Notes under the pieces: model-generated
Database searches by the model: none
Told to the model about the DNA's origin: nothing
Seen by the model: only the letters and a program-made list of their open reading frames with translations
Shown here: one piece after another, positions 24,101 through 37,400 of the stretch
Numbering within the stretch: position 1 is the first letter of the stretch
Layout: each line of letters begins with the position of its first letter
Program-made: the position numbers and the translations under genes
Assembly (NCBI GenBank): GCA_950097015.1
Contig: CATNEN010000010.1
Span: forward strand, 930,001 to 994,000
Length of the DNA: 64,000 bases
Direction of reading: 5' to 3'
Source: Macrostomum hystrix
Lineage: Eukaryota > Animalia > Platyhelminthes

Positions 24101-27058
24101 TCCTGCCCCCTTTCACTGCGTCCTGTGGCATTTTTTTGCCATGCAAACGGCAAATGGAGAAGAGGAAGAAGTTGGGCGATGGGGGCGGTCGGGGGATTCG
24201 GTTTTAGCCGATCTAGTTCATCATCTTGTCTTGTATGTCAGGAAATTTTATGAAGGGTGAAGCTTTTTTAGCCATGGGAATTCACTCCCTTTCCCCTTAC
24301 CTCCGCATACTTTTTCTCCTATGGGTCGGCACCGCAGTGGACGGAGGCAGGGCAAGGACCAAACGTCAGAAGCAAAGAATTTTTAATCATTTCAGCTTCG
24401 TTCCAATGGCCGCTTGCTCTCTACATCTCTTTATATACTATGCGTGGCGGGGTGCGGGGGGCCTTTCACTTTTCTCCGTGCACTAGTGACCTCGTTTCTC
24501 ATTCTCTGTTGCCAGCGGGTGTATTGGAGCAGGGGGCCGTGGGGTGCGTCTGGAAGATTTTAGGAGAAGTGAGATAACTTTACAGCAAGAAGAGAGGCTG
24601 AGTCCGCGCGGACGGCCCATTTTCTGACTTTTCGCATTGCCTATTAGTGATGCCGAGCTTCTGCACAGCTAGCCCCTATCCCCTGCTCGCCTTCTCCCTC
24701 ACCCACCTCTCCTCCGTCCCAAGCCGATCGGCTTGAACGAGACCGGAGCCCCCTGCGCTTCTGTGTCTCGCTTTGAGCCGCCTTCCACTCTGACTGAGCT
24801 GCCAGGGCTCCCCGGTCCTTCACCCCTCCTGACCCGCCAGAGGTCCTCCTGCCGCCCCTTCGGCTTGCTGGTCTGGTCAGTTGGCGCTATTTGCCATCGC
24901 TTCTGGGAGAAGAAGCGGGCTGAGAAGGAGGAGCAGGCCGCGGTTCTCTTATCTGTTTCTATCCCTCTGTGCCGTATTCTCTGGAGCGCATTAGTTTTAC
25001 TGTCTGCTCGGGTTTAAGGCATCTGTCCATATGGCTGCGCCGTCTCACTCTCGCTTTCCGATCCCTCTGTGTCCCGCTTCAGCAAGTCTCTCCCGCCGCA
25101 TCTCCCCTCCTTGGAGTCTATTCTCTTCTTGGCCGGCTGCTCAGTGTCCCACCAACCCGCTGGCTGGCGGCGTCATTAACTCACGAGATCTCACTCTGCG
25201 CCTCCGCCAAAACACAAACTCTTCGTCCGTCTCCATCTCAGCCTGGCATGAGGACTGGCAAAGCAGTCAAGCTTTCTGCTGGGTTTGGGGAGTTTGCGGC
25301 ACGGCGGGATTCTTATGGGTTTTTGGACAAACTTTATTTCTTGCCTACAGTATACACGCTCATGCACAATTTTAACGGTATCATTTGCGTGAATGAATCT
25401 GCTCTGCACTAAAAACTGTACGGGCCACTTACTGTTCCAAGCCAATCGTGCCCGGAAACTGTCAATCAATCGATGCAGTGTATAATACTTCACATTGCTA
25501 TACACTAGTAAATAATTGTTACACATAGTACGAATTGAAAGTAGGCTTGCATGAAGAACTCTGGCCCTCAGAATCTCAACCACAAACAAATGTAAAGCTC
25601 ACAAAAGCTTTTGGCCGGGACCGCAGTTGCTTTTTTCAGCTGCTCCACCACGTTAGTGTTGCAAAGTGTGCACAAGCTAAGCAGTAGTTAATCCGGGTCT
25701 GCGAGCTAAGCTGGCTATATTGTACTCTTACTGGCTCTTCATTCTATCTTCTATTTTCCCTTGAAGCAGAAGGAGCCGAGGGCTGGGGGACTTTGACACG
25801 CGCCCGGGTCAGATGGTTAGCAGGCATTGACTGGTGAAAGAGCCGACTGAGGCTGGTGCGCTTAGCCCCGGGCAATGCTACGGAGGGAAGTTGTGTGGGA
25901 ACCGGCCGGACTCTGCAGTTTGTACGCAGGTCGTCGTTTCTCTTGCTACCCAGGTCTAGCAAGGCATAATAGTGGTGTTGTGAAGAAAATTGCGGGCAAG
26001 CTTTTACCTGCGTATCCGTCTTCTGTGTCTAACTCCGTCTTACCGCGCGCGTCTGTTAGTTTATTATCCCATCTTAGGAAACTGGTGGCTTTACTGGGAT
26101 TACTGGGATTGTAAACAATGCATTGCAATACCAATGTGTTTACTGTTCCGCCGTCATCGTTTGTCGTGCTTTCTGAAAGTTTTTCTTAATAGGGCAAGTC
26201 TAAATTGTGAATTGGGGCAAGTGATCGGCTAAACGCGTTGCGAGCTAAGCAACAGACTTTGAGTAATGGGCAGTCAAACAGAATGAGGTCGGTAGCAAAA
26301 CAAAACGAGTCGGTAGCTAATCGCCAGTTAAAAAGGCGGGCGTAGAGCTAATGGCCAGCTAAATAACAGGAAACTGGAATCCAACAGGCAATCCAAAAAG
26401 CATCGTGAATTGCTTAAAATTTATATTTGCTATTTCAGCTGCAGAACTTGTTTCACAAGTTATTAAGTCACTTTGCAGCCAGTCACTGCCTCCAAAGCTC
26501 AAAGCTCGTAGTTTTGAATATGAGCTTCTACATATATTTAGATTGTTCAGCCAGCATTTCCCATGGGGCCATTGGGACTTGCTGCTTAGCTGCTTAGCCT
26601 TCTGATTTATAGCATTATTGGTTTAGAGGACTTAAAGATTCGCTGCGCAATTTAGGCCCACTTTGGCGTGGCGCTACAGGGCGGCTGCCCTCGTCCCTAC
26701 CCTGACCCTGGGATAAGTGAGGAATCATGATGGGAGGCCTCCGGGCCTTGTGCGGAAGAATTGTTTTCCCTCACATCTCCGTGTCCTCCCCGGCCGCCAC
26801 TCTATGGCTTTGGAAAAGATCCATAAAGTCGACAAAGCTGGGAGAGTGGCGGGTCGCTGTCTCTTTCCCAGTGAGCCATTATCTTCCTCTTAACCTCCTG
26901 CTCCTCATCCTCACTCCAACGTGTCGCACAAATATCCCTTCCCTTCCATTTCCCTAACGCTTAGGAAAGAAATAATTCTAAAGTTTCCGGATGGCCAAAC
27001 AGGCGGATATAAAATAGCAGAGCTGAGATTTTGCTGCTAACAGGCGGAGCGGCAAACC

Positions 27059-27076
27059 ATGAAAGCCCGCAGCTGA
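27059..27076 (+). promoter_or_regulatory. Upstream ORF (MKARS*) in the NOS1AP leader
   Basis: accATGAAAGCCCGCAGCTGAcccaccATG. It lies downstream of the acceptor ctaacag at 27043 and 24 nt (in frame) upstream of ATG 27083. Confidence 0.55.
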
Positions 27077-27082
27077 CCCACC

Positions 27083-29341
27083 ATGTTCCGCCCCGCCTGC
27101 TATTCCAGAATGACCGACTACGACATCGTCAGCGAGGACGGCGCCGATTCCAGCCGCTTCCCCGTGCACTCAGAAGAGGCCTTTCAACGGGGCATCCAGT
27201 ACAAGGCCAAGTTCATCGGCAGCCTGGATGTTCCACGGCCGCAGAGTCGCGTTGAGATTGTGGCCGCCATGCGTCGAATCCGATTCGAATTCAAGGCCAA
27301 GGCCATTAAGAAGCGAAAGGTGACCATCTCCATCTCGGTGGATGGCGTCAGCGTGATCTGCCGACGCGCTCGCCGCCGGACCCTCTGGCTGGACTCGACC
27401 TCGCAGCTGCTAATGCACCACCCGATTTACCGCATCTTCTACGTTTCGCATGACTCGCAAGATTTGAAGATCTTCAGCTACATAGCCAGGGACAGTCAGC
27501 GCAACGCATTCAAATGCAGCGTCTTCAAGGCCTACAAGAAGGCCCAAGCAATGCGCATCGTGCGCACTATCGGCCAGGCCTTCGAGGTCTGCCACCAACT
27601 GTCGCTGGGCTCCAAGGAGGCTCGCAGCGCCGCCGCGTCGAACGCCACCACCAGCCCGGTGCAGTCGCCGGGCGACTCGGTGACGCAACCATCGGCCAAG
27701 GTCGGCAAAGCGGCACAGGGCGGCGTCCCGGCTGTCGCTGACGCGTCACCGACGAAATCGCCAACGGCAGCCGATGCATCCGCCACGATCGCAGCTGTTG
27801 AGAAAAAGCCATCGACGCCGCAAAACAACTCGGAGGCGGTCAGTTGCGAAGTAAAGCAGGCTCAGCCGCCTCCGCAACCGCCGCCGTCGCTTCAACTGAG
27901 CTCGTCCACATCCGAGCCCGTGGGTGTCGGGCGTCCTCGACACACGGTCGGCACGATCACCTCGCCTCTGGCGCCACTGCCGCCCGGATGGGACTCCGTC
28001 GGGCTCGACGTTGACGTCAGCATCGGTGTTGGCCTCGGTGGCATGGTAACGTCAGGCAGCGATCCAGAGGGCGGGCCTCTGTGGCTGCGGCATCGGGACC
28101 AGCTGATCCGACAGCGGTTGGAGCAGCAGTCGCAGCAGGCTCAGGTGGCGATGGCGCAGGCGCGCCTGCTGCGAGATCAGCTGGCAGCGGAGGCTGCGGC
28201 CCGCGTGGAGGCGCAGGCCCGGGCGCACCAGCTGCTGGTGCAGAATCGCGACCTGCTGGATCACTTAAATCAGCTGGTCCATCGACTGCGCCTGTTGGAG
28301 CTTCGACAACGTCAAAGGCCACCGGAGCTGGACCGATTCGCTTCGTCATCATTCCCCGCGTCAACGCTGACGAAGGTGCCTTCGGGAGTGCCGGGTTTGC
28401 CAGACCGAAGCACCCCGCTTTGTCCGCCAGTGGAACCACTGAACCTGCCGGAACTCAAGGCGGCTGAAGCCTGTGGTCTGACGCCTCTGGGAGAGGCCGC
28501 TCCGCCATTGCTGGACAACCTGCTGATGATGCCGGCCGCTTCGGCTGCCCCGACCTCTGGCGTCACCGCCGCTGAACCACTCGCCACCTCGCCAAGCAAT
28601 CAGAGCGGCTCGCCTGACTCTGGACATAAGGAGATGAGCGCGGACAGCTTGTCCCAGGCCCTGACCTTCTTGGACGCCTACCCAACTGGCAAAGGCTTCC
28701 GTCTGTCCCACCATCATCATTATCACCATCATCGGCTTAGTCATCTGCACACTGCTGCCCCTGCGACCGCCGCCGCCGGCTCTCACGTTGTTCAGGACAG
28801 TTTCAGACGATCCACGCAGGTGCCGACATCTTTGAGCTGCGGCGCCAGCGGAGTCTGCTCCACCGCCAACGGTTCAATTAATGGCAGTGTTAATGGAGGC
28901 TGCGTTGGTGGTGGAAGCAGCAGCATTAACGGTCAGGCAATAGTACAGCCCATGCCGGCGTCTCTACCGTCAGGCGCTGGCGGCTTCGCACCCTCCCTCT
29001 CGTGGCCCGTGTCGTTTGCTGACTCGCCCAAGCTCGCTCCGAAATCTGCCGTTGCCGCCGCTGCCGCGGCTGCGGCCACCGCTGCATCGGCATCTTCATC
29101 AACATCGGCTTCGTCGTCGTCTTTCGCTCTGTCAGCTGCAGCTGCCGCTCGGAAGCCGGCCTTGAGCGGTCTCGAAGCTCATCGGCATCCGCAGCCGCCG
29201 CCTTCCTTGGTGGAGCACTCGAAGTCGAAGTCGCTCTGCTCGGCTCCGGACTCGCTGTCTCCAGCACATCTCAACTATTCCTTTGAGTGGCACGGCGAGG
29301 CCGCTCTGGCTGCCATGGACGAAGGTCTTGACGAGGATTGA
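27083..29341 (+). CDS. NOS1AP: NOS1AP/CAPON (DYC-1-like) PTB-domain adaptor, 752 aa, intronless CDS
   Basis: PTB domain nearly identical to remembered CAPON (GSLDVPRPQSRVEIVAAMRRIR; IYRIFYVSHDSQDLKIFSYIARD; AMRIVRTIGQAFEVCH). Conserved coiled coil QLAAEAAARVEAQARAHQLLVQNRDLL and SPDSGHKEMS motif. Confidence 0.93.
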   Translation: MFRPACYSRMTDYDIVSEDGADSSRFPVHSEEAFQRGIQYKAKFIGSLDVPRPQSRVEIVAAMRRIRFEFKAKAIKKRKVTISISVDGVSVICRRARRRTLWLDSTSQLLMHHPIYRIFYVSHDSQDLKIFSYIARDSQRNAFKCSVFKAYKKAQAMRIVRTIGQAFEVCHQLSLGSKEARSAAASNATTSPVQSPGDSVTQPSAKVGKAAQGGVPAVADASPTKSPTAADASATIAAVEKKPSTPQNNSEAVSCEVKQAQPPPQPPPSLQLSSSTSEPVGVGRPRHTVGTITSPLAPLPPGWDSVGLDVDVSIGVGLGGMVTSGSDPEGGPLWLRHRDQLIRQRLEQQSQQAQVAMAQARLLRDQLAAEAAARVEAQARAHQLLVQNRDLLDHLNQLVHRLRLLELRQRQRPPELDRFASSSFPASTLTKVPSGVPGLPDRSTPLCPPVEPLNLPELKAAEACGLTPLGEAAPPLLDNLLMMPAASAAPTSGVTAAEPLATSPSNQSGSPDSGHKEMSADSLSQALTFLDAYPTGKGFRLSHHHHYHHHRLSHLHTAAPATAAAGSHVVQDSFRRSTQVPTSLSCGASGVCSTANGSINGSVNGGCVGGGSSSINGQAIVQPMPASLPSGAGGFAPSLSWPVSFADSPKLAPKSAVAAAAAAAATAASASSSTSASSSSFALSAAAAARKPALSGLEAHRHPQPPPSLVEHSKSKSLCSAPDSLSPAHLNYSFEWHGEAALAAMDEGLDED

Positions 29342-32300
29342 CGAAAGATGTATTTACATTATTGAGAATTTTAGGATTTGCTAATAGTGCCGCCCTGCAG
29401 ATAGCTTCAGTTATTCAGATTATTTTGGCTTTCGTTTGTTCCGACCGGTATTTTGTAAACAAATCGCTACAATTGCTTACAAAGTCTTGCTACAAGTCTG
29501 ATGTACATAAGCCCGCGTCAATCTCCTGCTTTCGAGTTCCTTAGTTCCTGTTCTGCTTCAGCGCCGCGACTTGTGTTTCACGCGATCACCAGCAGTGTTC
29601 GCCAGCTCTGAAATCGTACTGTGGCGGCAGCATTATCTGATTACTTGCTGAATTAGCTGTTCCCAGCAGCAACGCGCTTTGACTCGGCCACTGTTAAATG
29701 ACCGAATCCAATAATCGGCTCCCAAATGAGTTCTTCATTATCCACCGATGCTGCGCCGCTTCATCTTCATCACTCGGCGGCATAATCTATTTCATCCTGA
29801 GGTCTGCCTGGGGGAATGCGAAGAAACTCCCGCTCCCAGTGACTGTTTGAAGTGGGGGGAAATTTGTCTCCGCGTGCTCGGTCCCGCCAGGTTGTGAAAC
29901 AGCCGCGCTATTTTCGCATGATTGCCTAATCTAGCTATCAGATTAGATTTCGCTTGCGGAGTCCGGCAGCTCATTGGTTCGATTCTCCTTGCCTGCACGC
30001 CAGTCTGGAGATATAACTCGATTTTCCTTCCGACCAGTCAACTCCCGGCCTGATAATCTCCCTCATCCCCTTCTCCCCTCCTTTCCCTATGTGATTCTCT
30101 TCGACTCCGTTTATGCCCAGTGCTTATTGCCCGTGTCATTCATCGCGACTTTGTCTATTGTCCATTGTCCATTGTCCTCGCAGCACTGCTGCCGGATGCG
30201 ATCCGATGCCAGTTTGTAAAAGCTTTTAGAGAACAATGGCTCCGAGGTTGGGTTTTTTAATTTCCCTAGGTTTCATTGTGCCTAGGCTGGGACCTAGAGT
30301 CTGGGTGCACCCTTGCATTTCCGTACAGTTCTCTATTATCATTGAAGTACTAGTTGGACAAAGCGAACTAACCTACCTCGACTTTTAACTGCGGCACGTG
30401 TGTCATTTAGATCCACCCTTTGAAATTGAAATCCAAGCATGAATTTTTTAATTGTAATTATTCTGCAACCGGCCATTGTGCTTGCATTTGTTCCTGGTCA
30501 TGGCGAGTCCTAATTCAGCTTGTAAGGGCTGCGGACGTTGAAATATAATGGACAACGTGAGCCATGAGCTCCAGTTGGATTCTCTGATTCTCTACCAACT
30601 GTTTGTAGTTAAAGTCTGTTATTTTCCCTTGCCTGCCACCGTCATAGCCAGCCCGCCAGCTTGTCGCTTTGATTTTGACGCCGCCAGGTTAACATAGGCT
30701 TGAAGAATCTGAAAGATTGATCATGCGAGAACGCGCTTGCCTCCTAAGGTACTAGCTGGGGATTTAGGGATAGCGCACATGCATCCCTCACGCCTGGCTG
30801 CCTTCGCGTGTCCGCTATTTAGCTATGATCTGAATCTCCCCACCCTCAGCTACTCATTGGCAGCTCAAGCATTTGCATAAGACTCCCCGCGGGTTCCCGG
30901 GCCGGCTGTGCTCAGGTCCGGATCGGTTTTAGTTTAAGTCCTGGCTGCCTGCAACAGCACAGCGGCTGGGCTGCCATCTCATTAATTATGCGGCGTTATT
31001 TCATTAGTTTCCGTTGCGTTTTTTATTTCAAAAAAGCTGTGGCGTCAGTGCTATCACTGAATATTTTGGGTGTCCCTCGCGTGCCCAGTGGTTCCAATTC
31101 ATCTGCTAATATTCATCCCTGAGCTGCATTTGATCCTGTTCTGATTCGTGCAATATGTGTTTGGTGTCCGCTTATGTAATTATTAGCCAGTCATTCTGTA
31201 TTGCGCAATTCAACACAAAAGTTTCGCAAATCATTCCCACTCTGACAGCGGCTGCATAGCGTAAGACACTCAATTTGCCGCTGTTTGCTGGTAGGGAATA
31301 AAATAAGCGCTAGCTTAGTGAGCAGGTACAAAACAGTTAATTGAGTAGCTCCTACTGTTTCCTTTCTGTACTCGCAGCAGTCACTCAAGCAGCAGCGGTG
31401 CTGTTATGGTACTCTGCGTCATGTGTAAAGCAGCCTCTTAATCTCTACTCGCGAGCCTCTATTCGATGGCTCTCTTTCCTGCCAATCTTTTACCAGCCAC
31501 TTTTCTCTTTCTCTTTCTCCCCGCCTTTTCTCTCAGTTACTTTGTAATTCTCTTTCTCTCGACTCGTCAGGGTTGAAGTGGATCCGAGTCATGGAGTGAA
31601 ACTGCCTCATCGCTGATTAACCGACAGTTGCGATTAGAACTAACTTGGCCTGGCTGAGTCTTTTTTAAGCCAGGAGAAAGAAGAAAGTTAAGGCGCGAAG
31701 GTATATACAGAGCCGGGCCGGCCAGTTCTCTGTCTTCCCATCCCCAGCTCCCCGCTCCCCGCTCACTCTCTCTTTGGCGCAGTCGCTCGTTCCCGGTTTC
31801 TTCCGCCACTTCCCTCCAATTGCAAGTGTAAAATTAGTTGAGAAATGGCCTGGTCGGGCCGCCTCGCGTAATTCGATAAAATGGAAAGTGGCTGGCCGGA
31901 GGAGGCGGCGGCAGAGGCGACTGTAAAAATGCAGCCCTGAGCGAACTGGGGAGTTAGAGTGCTGCGAATATCTAATCGGGGAAAAAGTTGAAGCAACTCT
32001 TGGGCGGCCCCGTTCGCCTCTTGCCGGCAAATCGCATTGCCCACCCACCTCCCTCCCTCCCCTATTTCTCTGACGTCTTCTGGGACGCTGCTTTTGGGAT
32101 CGCACTTCGACGGAGGTTTTGGGAAGCGAATTCAGCAACTCCACCGCAGCCCTGGTTCCACTTTTCCATTAACTGCCGGCCCCATTATCGGCTGTCCCAT
32201 TATGGGAGTGCGGATGATGGGGCGGCAACTTCCTCGGGGATAAATTATCTTCAGATATCCCCTAGAGTTTTTCTTGTCTCGCGGTTGTTTTTAATCGGAA

Positions 32301-33858
32301 GAGAGTCGAAGATGATTGTTTCAGGCACCTTGTTACTCAGACCAGATTATTATATTTAGCAAACTGACTCGCACCTTAGCACTCTCAGACGATCCTAGCA
32401 ACCGAGCCTCGCTTAGGCGCCCAAGTTGTGCAGTTTGTGGGGCTCTAATTCAGATGGCTGTCTAGATTAGAAAGTGAACACTCAACTGTCCATGCAGCGC
32501 ATGATATGCTTGGCGCTAATGTCATTTTAAGCTCAGCGTTTTCCATTAAACCGGCTAGACAGCCTTCCCCGACTCGCGATCTCTCGATAAGCCCACAGAC
32601 TAAGCCGCCCGAGGCGCATTAACAGATAAGCCACCTCGCGCCCTGCTATCATCCTTAAACGAAATCGATTTCTTCTGCGGTAGAGTTGGGCACTTGAATA
32701 GGAAAACTTCCAGTTGTTTTCGTGTGACTTTTTTATGACTGGGATTATCGCTAATTTGACCAGCGGGAACCGACTTTGATTTTCAGGGGCTCTAAACTGA
32801 GATAGGAAGTTAATAAAGAAAATGTTTTTATGGCATGCGTGATTGGCAAAGTCAAATCAAGGGTTCTTTTTAGCGGCGCAGGAAGGCGAACTGAATTGAC
32901 AAACAGAGCTCGATTAGTGAGCTTTCTATTCTTCACAGTATGCTGATGAGTGCGCTAGCTCACACTACTGTTCAGTAAGTAGGTGAAACTAATTTTGCAC
33001 TCCATTTTTCAATTCCTTTCCGGATTGCGCTGCGCTGCAATTTAAAGGGGCCACTTCAATTTATAACATATTTCACTCTCTCTTGAAGAAGTAATACAAA
33101 GCACTACTGCGTACTGCCTAGATGTGAAAGTTTTTCCCTATTTGGGATTTGCGATTAAATCATGGGTATAGTCGGCTTTCGCTTGTGAACCTCATCCCGT
33201 ACCGTATTTTTATTGCACAGATTTGGCGGCAAGTTTTTTGCCCCCCCCCTCTCCCTTCCTCTAAAAAACTGTCTGAATGGCCGTCTGAAGCGCCAGGCGT
33301 CCCCCACCGCTGCCTTCCAGCCTCCCCACAGCAACTAACTATTTATCCCCACTGGATGATGATGGGAAGAATGCCACGTAGATGGACTGATGCGCTGGGA
33401 TTTATCAGATTTGGGGTGTATCTTTCTGCCTGTATTTTGCGCGCTTTTCGCATCTCGAGTGCACTTTAGCAGACGATGACGGACAGGGACCCGTCCAGGA
33501 GGCCTGGCGGAGAGGATGAAATCTACCTGCCCAGGTGTGCGATTCTAATTTGCTTTGTTTTTGTTGCAAGCATACATCCGGGTAGTGTAGCTTATTCTTT
33601 TTCTGCGGCGGGAAGTTGTCGGTTCGCTTGCTTTCGGCTGCCATTCTTGCTTGAGTTTCAAGGGCCTGCATCGGCAGATGCCTTGTTACCGAGTGTTTGC
33701 GGCATAAGGAATAAAAATGGCGCAACAATTATTGTGCCTAATCACCTAACCCAGTAGCCTAGCTCGTTTACCATTGATAGATTCATTTATCACACATTTG
33801 GGATAATTAATTTTGCATTCACTCCTTCAAATCCCATTGGTTATTGTGCACTTCTTAA

Positions 33859-34144
33859 AATCCAATTTGTAATGTGTGGGACTCGTTAAAATCCCATCTG
33901 GAAGTTACCGAATCCAATTTGTAAGGTGTGGGACTCGTTAAAATCCCATCTGGAAGTTACCGAATCCAATTTGTAAGGTGTGGGACTCGTTAAAATCCCA
34001 TCTGGAAGTTACCGAATCCAATTTGTAAGGTGGGGGACTCGTTAAAATCCCATCTGGAAGTTACCGAATCCAATTTGTAAGGTGTGGGACTCGTTAAAAT
34101 CCCATCTGGAAGTTATCGAATCGAAATTGTGGGGTGTGGGACTC
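33859..34144. repeat. Minisatellite, 52-bp unit, about 5.5 copies, just upstream of DNAJC22
   Basis: TGTGGGACTCGTTAAAATCCCATCTGGAAGTTACCGAATCCAATTTGTAAGG at 33875, 33927 and onward every 52 bp. Confidence 0.95.
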
Positions 34145-34426
34145 CTTAACACCATCCATAAAGTATGGGCTTCTTAAAATCGCGTTATTCTCTTTTCTTT
34201 AAAATCCTATCTGTAATTCATGGTTGCTTACAAAATTTTTTCTTTGCTTGCAAAATCTACATTAATTACCTTTTAGCCATCTAATGCATTACCATCCCAC
34301 ATTTAGCTGCCCACTGATTAAAGTACAAATTTTCTGTCCTTGTTTAAGTGGATTAACATCCTCACCCTTCCAGTAGCGCAGCCGTCAGAATAGTCCCAAC
34401 AACAAAAGCAAGCAGCCTAGAAGACA

Positions 34427-37400
34427 ATGGCATCCCGCATCCTGGCCTACGGCCTGCTGTTCACGCTGGGCCTGCTCGGCGCCCACCATTTCTACCTGGG
34501 CCGCACTCTGCATGGCTTTGTTATGCTGTGCAGCCTTGGCGGATTCTTCCTGGGCTGGCTGCACGACCTGCTCAATTTGGACAGGTACATCAGCGAGTCC
34601 CAGGATCCCCTAATCAATGATGAAGGATATCAAGCCGACCTGGCCAAGTTCCTGGCTTTGCAGCAGGTGGCGCAGTCGCCGCCCGCCGCCGGCCAGCCGC
34701 AGACGCAGGACCGGGCCCACCTGTACGAGGAGAGAGAGTCGCTGAAGCGGCGCCTGGCTGCTTCCAGCTTCTTCCGGTCGAGGATTAGAGATTCGAGTCC
34801 CAAATGCAGTTGGGCCAGGTATTTCGGTAAGAATTCGGTGGTTTTTAAATCCCTAATCCTAAAAGTCACATTATATCCCACTCGCATCCCAAAAATCTCA
34901 TCTTATGCTACTCGCATTCAACAAATCCCATTTTATCCTACTCGCATCCCACAAATCCCATTTTATTCTACACGCATCCCACAAATCCCATTTTATCCTA
35001 CACGCATCCCACAAATCCCATTTTATTCTACACGCGTCCCACAAATCCCATTTTATCCTACACGCATCCCACAAATCCCATTTTATTCTACACGCATCCC
35101 ACAAATCCCATTTTATTCTACACGCATCCCACAAATCCCATTTTATCCCACTCGCATCCCCAAATCCCATTTTATCCTACTCGCATCCCACAAATCCCAT
35201 TTTATCCTACACGCATCCCAAAAATCCCATTTTATCCTACTCGCATCCCCAAATCCCATTTTATCCTACACGCATCCCAAAAATCCCATTTTATCCTACT
35301 CGCATCCCCAAATCCCATTTTATCCTACTCGCATCCCACAAATCCCATTTTATCCTACTCGCATCCCACAAATCCCATTTTATCCGACTCGCATCCCACA
35401 AATCCCATTTTATCCTACTCGCATCTCACAAATCCCATTTTATCCTACTCGCATCCCACAAATCCCATTTTATCCGACTCGCATCCCACAAATCCCATTT
35501 TATCCGACTCGCATCCCACAATTCCCTTTTTTTCCGACTCGCATCCCACAAATCCCATTTTATCCTACTCGCATCCCCAAATCCCATTTTATCCTACGTG
35601 CATGCAGCATGCCACAGATGCCCATAAAGTGGTGTGGGCCAGCTTCTTCAGAATCCAATTTCCAGTTTAGGCCTTTAGTTTCAGTGTGTGCCATCTTCAA
35701 TAAAGGCGCACGCATCTAGCTTGTTGCTGTCATTTTCCCATATTTTTTCCCCGCCAAAAGTGTCGGCTAGTCATGCGGCATTCGGTAAATTGACACCATT
35801 TCTGTTGACCGCCACCCCGACTGCACTTTTAGACTCCGGAGTTCTAATGTCGAACGATTTTGCGTTAGCGGATTCCCCCAATCAATCAGTCAATATGTAA
35901 CTTTATCTTTTTTTGCTTGAACATCGCTTTAGAATTGTTGCATATGAATTTACACTCAATATACGGTCCTGATCATGACTCTGTGAGCTCATTTGTGTAC
36001 CCCACATCCTCCCTACAATGCACACTTTTAGATCCCATTCGTGAGCAGTCCACACTCTAGGATCCCGTTTGAGAGCAGTTCACACTCTAGGATCCCATTT
36101 GAGAGCAGTCCACACTCTAGGATCCCATTTGAGAGCAGTCCACACTCTAGGATCCCATTTGAGAGCAGTCCACACTCTAGGATCCCATTCGTGAGCAGTC
36201 CACACTCTAGGATCCCATTCGTGAGCAGTCCACACTCTAGGATCCCATTCGTGAGCAGTCCACACTCTAGGATCCCATTTGAGAGCAGTCCACACTCTAG
36301 GATCCCATTCGTGCGAGCAATTGTCTCTCTATATATATATCTAATCCCATTCGTCCTCTCTATCAGTGTTGGCCCCTTCAGCTCCCATTTTTAAGTATCC
36401 ACTTACTCAGATCCGAATAAAGCTTGCCAAAGTTAATATGATCCCATTTTTATGGGGTTTCACATCTTCAGATCCCAATTGTGACCTTGTGCTGTCCACT
36501 TCCCTGCAATAAGCAGCTTCGCCCTAAAAGTGCCTGAAGTCTGAAACACATTCGATCATCAGCTCTATATCCCAGTCCATCATTTATATTTTTATAACAC
36601 TCTAACCTGCCTAGGAATCACTTGATCAGGCAGCATTAGATACTGCTGATGAAACACCTGCCAATCCTGCTTAATTTGCCATTGCAGCTGCGCCAGCTCG
36701 CTAACTTTCACAGCCGGTGTTGCTCACGGTTTTTATTAAATAGGATGTTCTCCCCCCCCACCCAACTGGACAGGCGAAATCCTCTTCGGCCTGATCTGCG
36801 CCATGCTGTTTCTGGGCGCATTTCCCGCCGAATGGTTCGACGACGCGAACAAGAAGCAGGTGCTGCGCTTCACCTGGCCGCTGCCCATTGCGCTGGGTGA
36901 GTTAATCACTGGTTGGAATCCGCCCATTTTTTCAGACCCGCCTGTCAGCGGCAGAAATCTGATTTTGGAATTGCGTCGTTTGATTGGTGTTTGCGTGCTG
37001 TTTTTTAATTGCTAGCCTAAATTTGTGATCAGGGAAGCCAGGGCCTTCCCTTGCCCAGTGTACTTTAAGCTGAATATTGCCTAATCCCCGATTATTTAGA
37101 ACTGATTCGTGCCTCACAGGTGCCGCAGGCCTTTGATCTGCCCCAAGCTGTAACAGAACAATTTGTTTGCAGCACGGCCGCTGCACTTTTACCTGGGATT
37201 CCATTCAATATCGTAATCAATTGATGGTGCCCAGATACTCCCCATTGTGGTATTATTTAGTGCCAACCGACTCCCTTCCCGCCTTTTAGTCTCCCAGTTG
37301 ATTATCCATCATCGCCAGGAGGATTTGCAGCAGAGTTTGGGATCATGATGATTGCTGGCCCTACAAGATCATGCTGCATGCGCCTTCTTGTAAAAGGGCA

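Noticed and set aside
19000-27000. Numerous 60-155-aa ORFs upstream of NOS1AP, and antisense ORFs over GC-rich exons
   Set aside because: No recognisable domains or consistent exon chain. They are expected by chance in GC-rich noncoding DNA or as shadows of real CDSs.
32900-33000. Hammerhead-ribozyme-like core (CTGATGA at 32943, GAAAC near 32985)
   Set aside because: Stem II does not close next to GAAA, stem I does not form, and the cleavage triplet would be GUG.
34827-35719. Repetitive C-terminal half of ORF 34427..35719 as DNAJC22 protein
   Set aside because: It is read-through into intron 1. A gtaag donor at 34827 and homology continuing at 36774 define the real structure.
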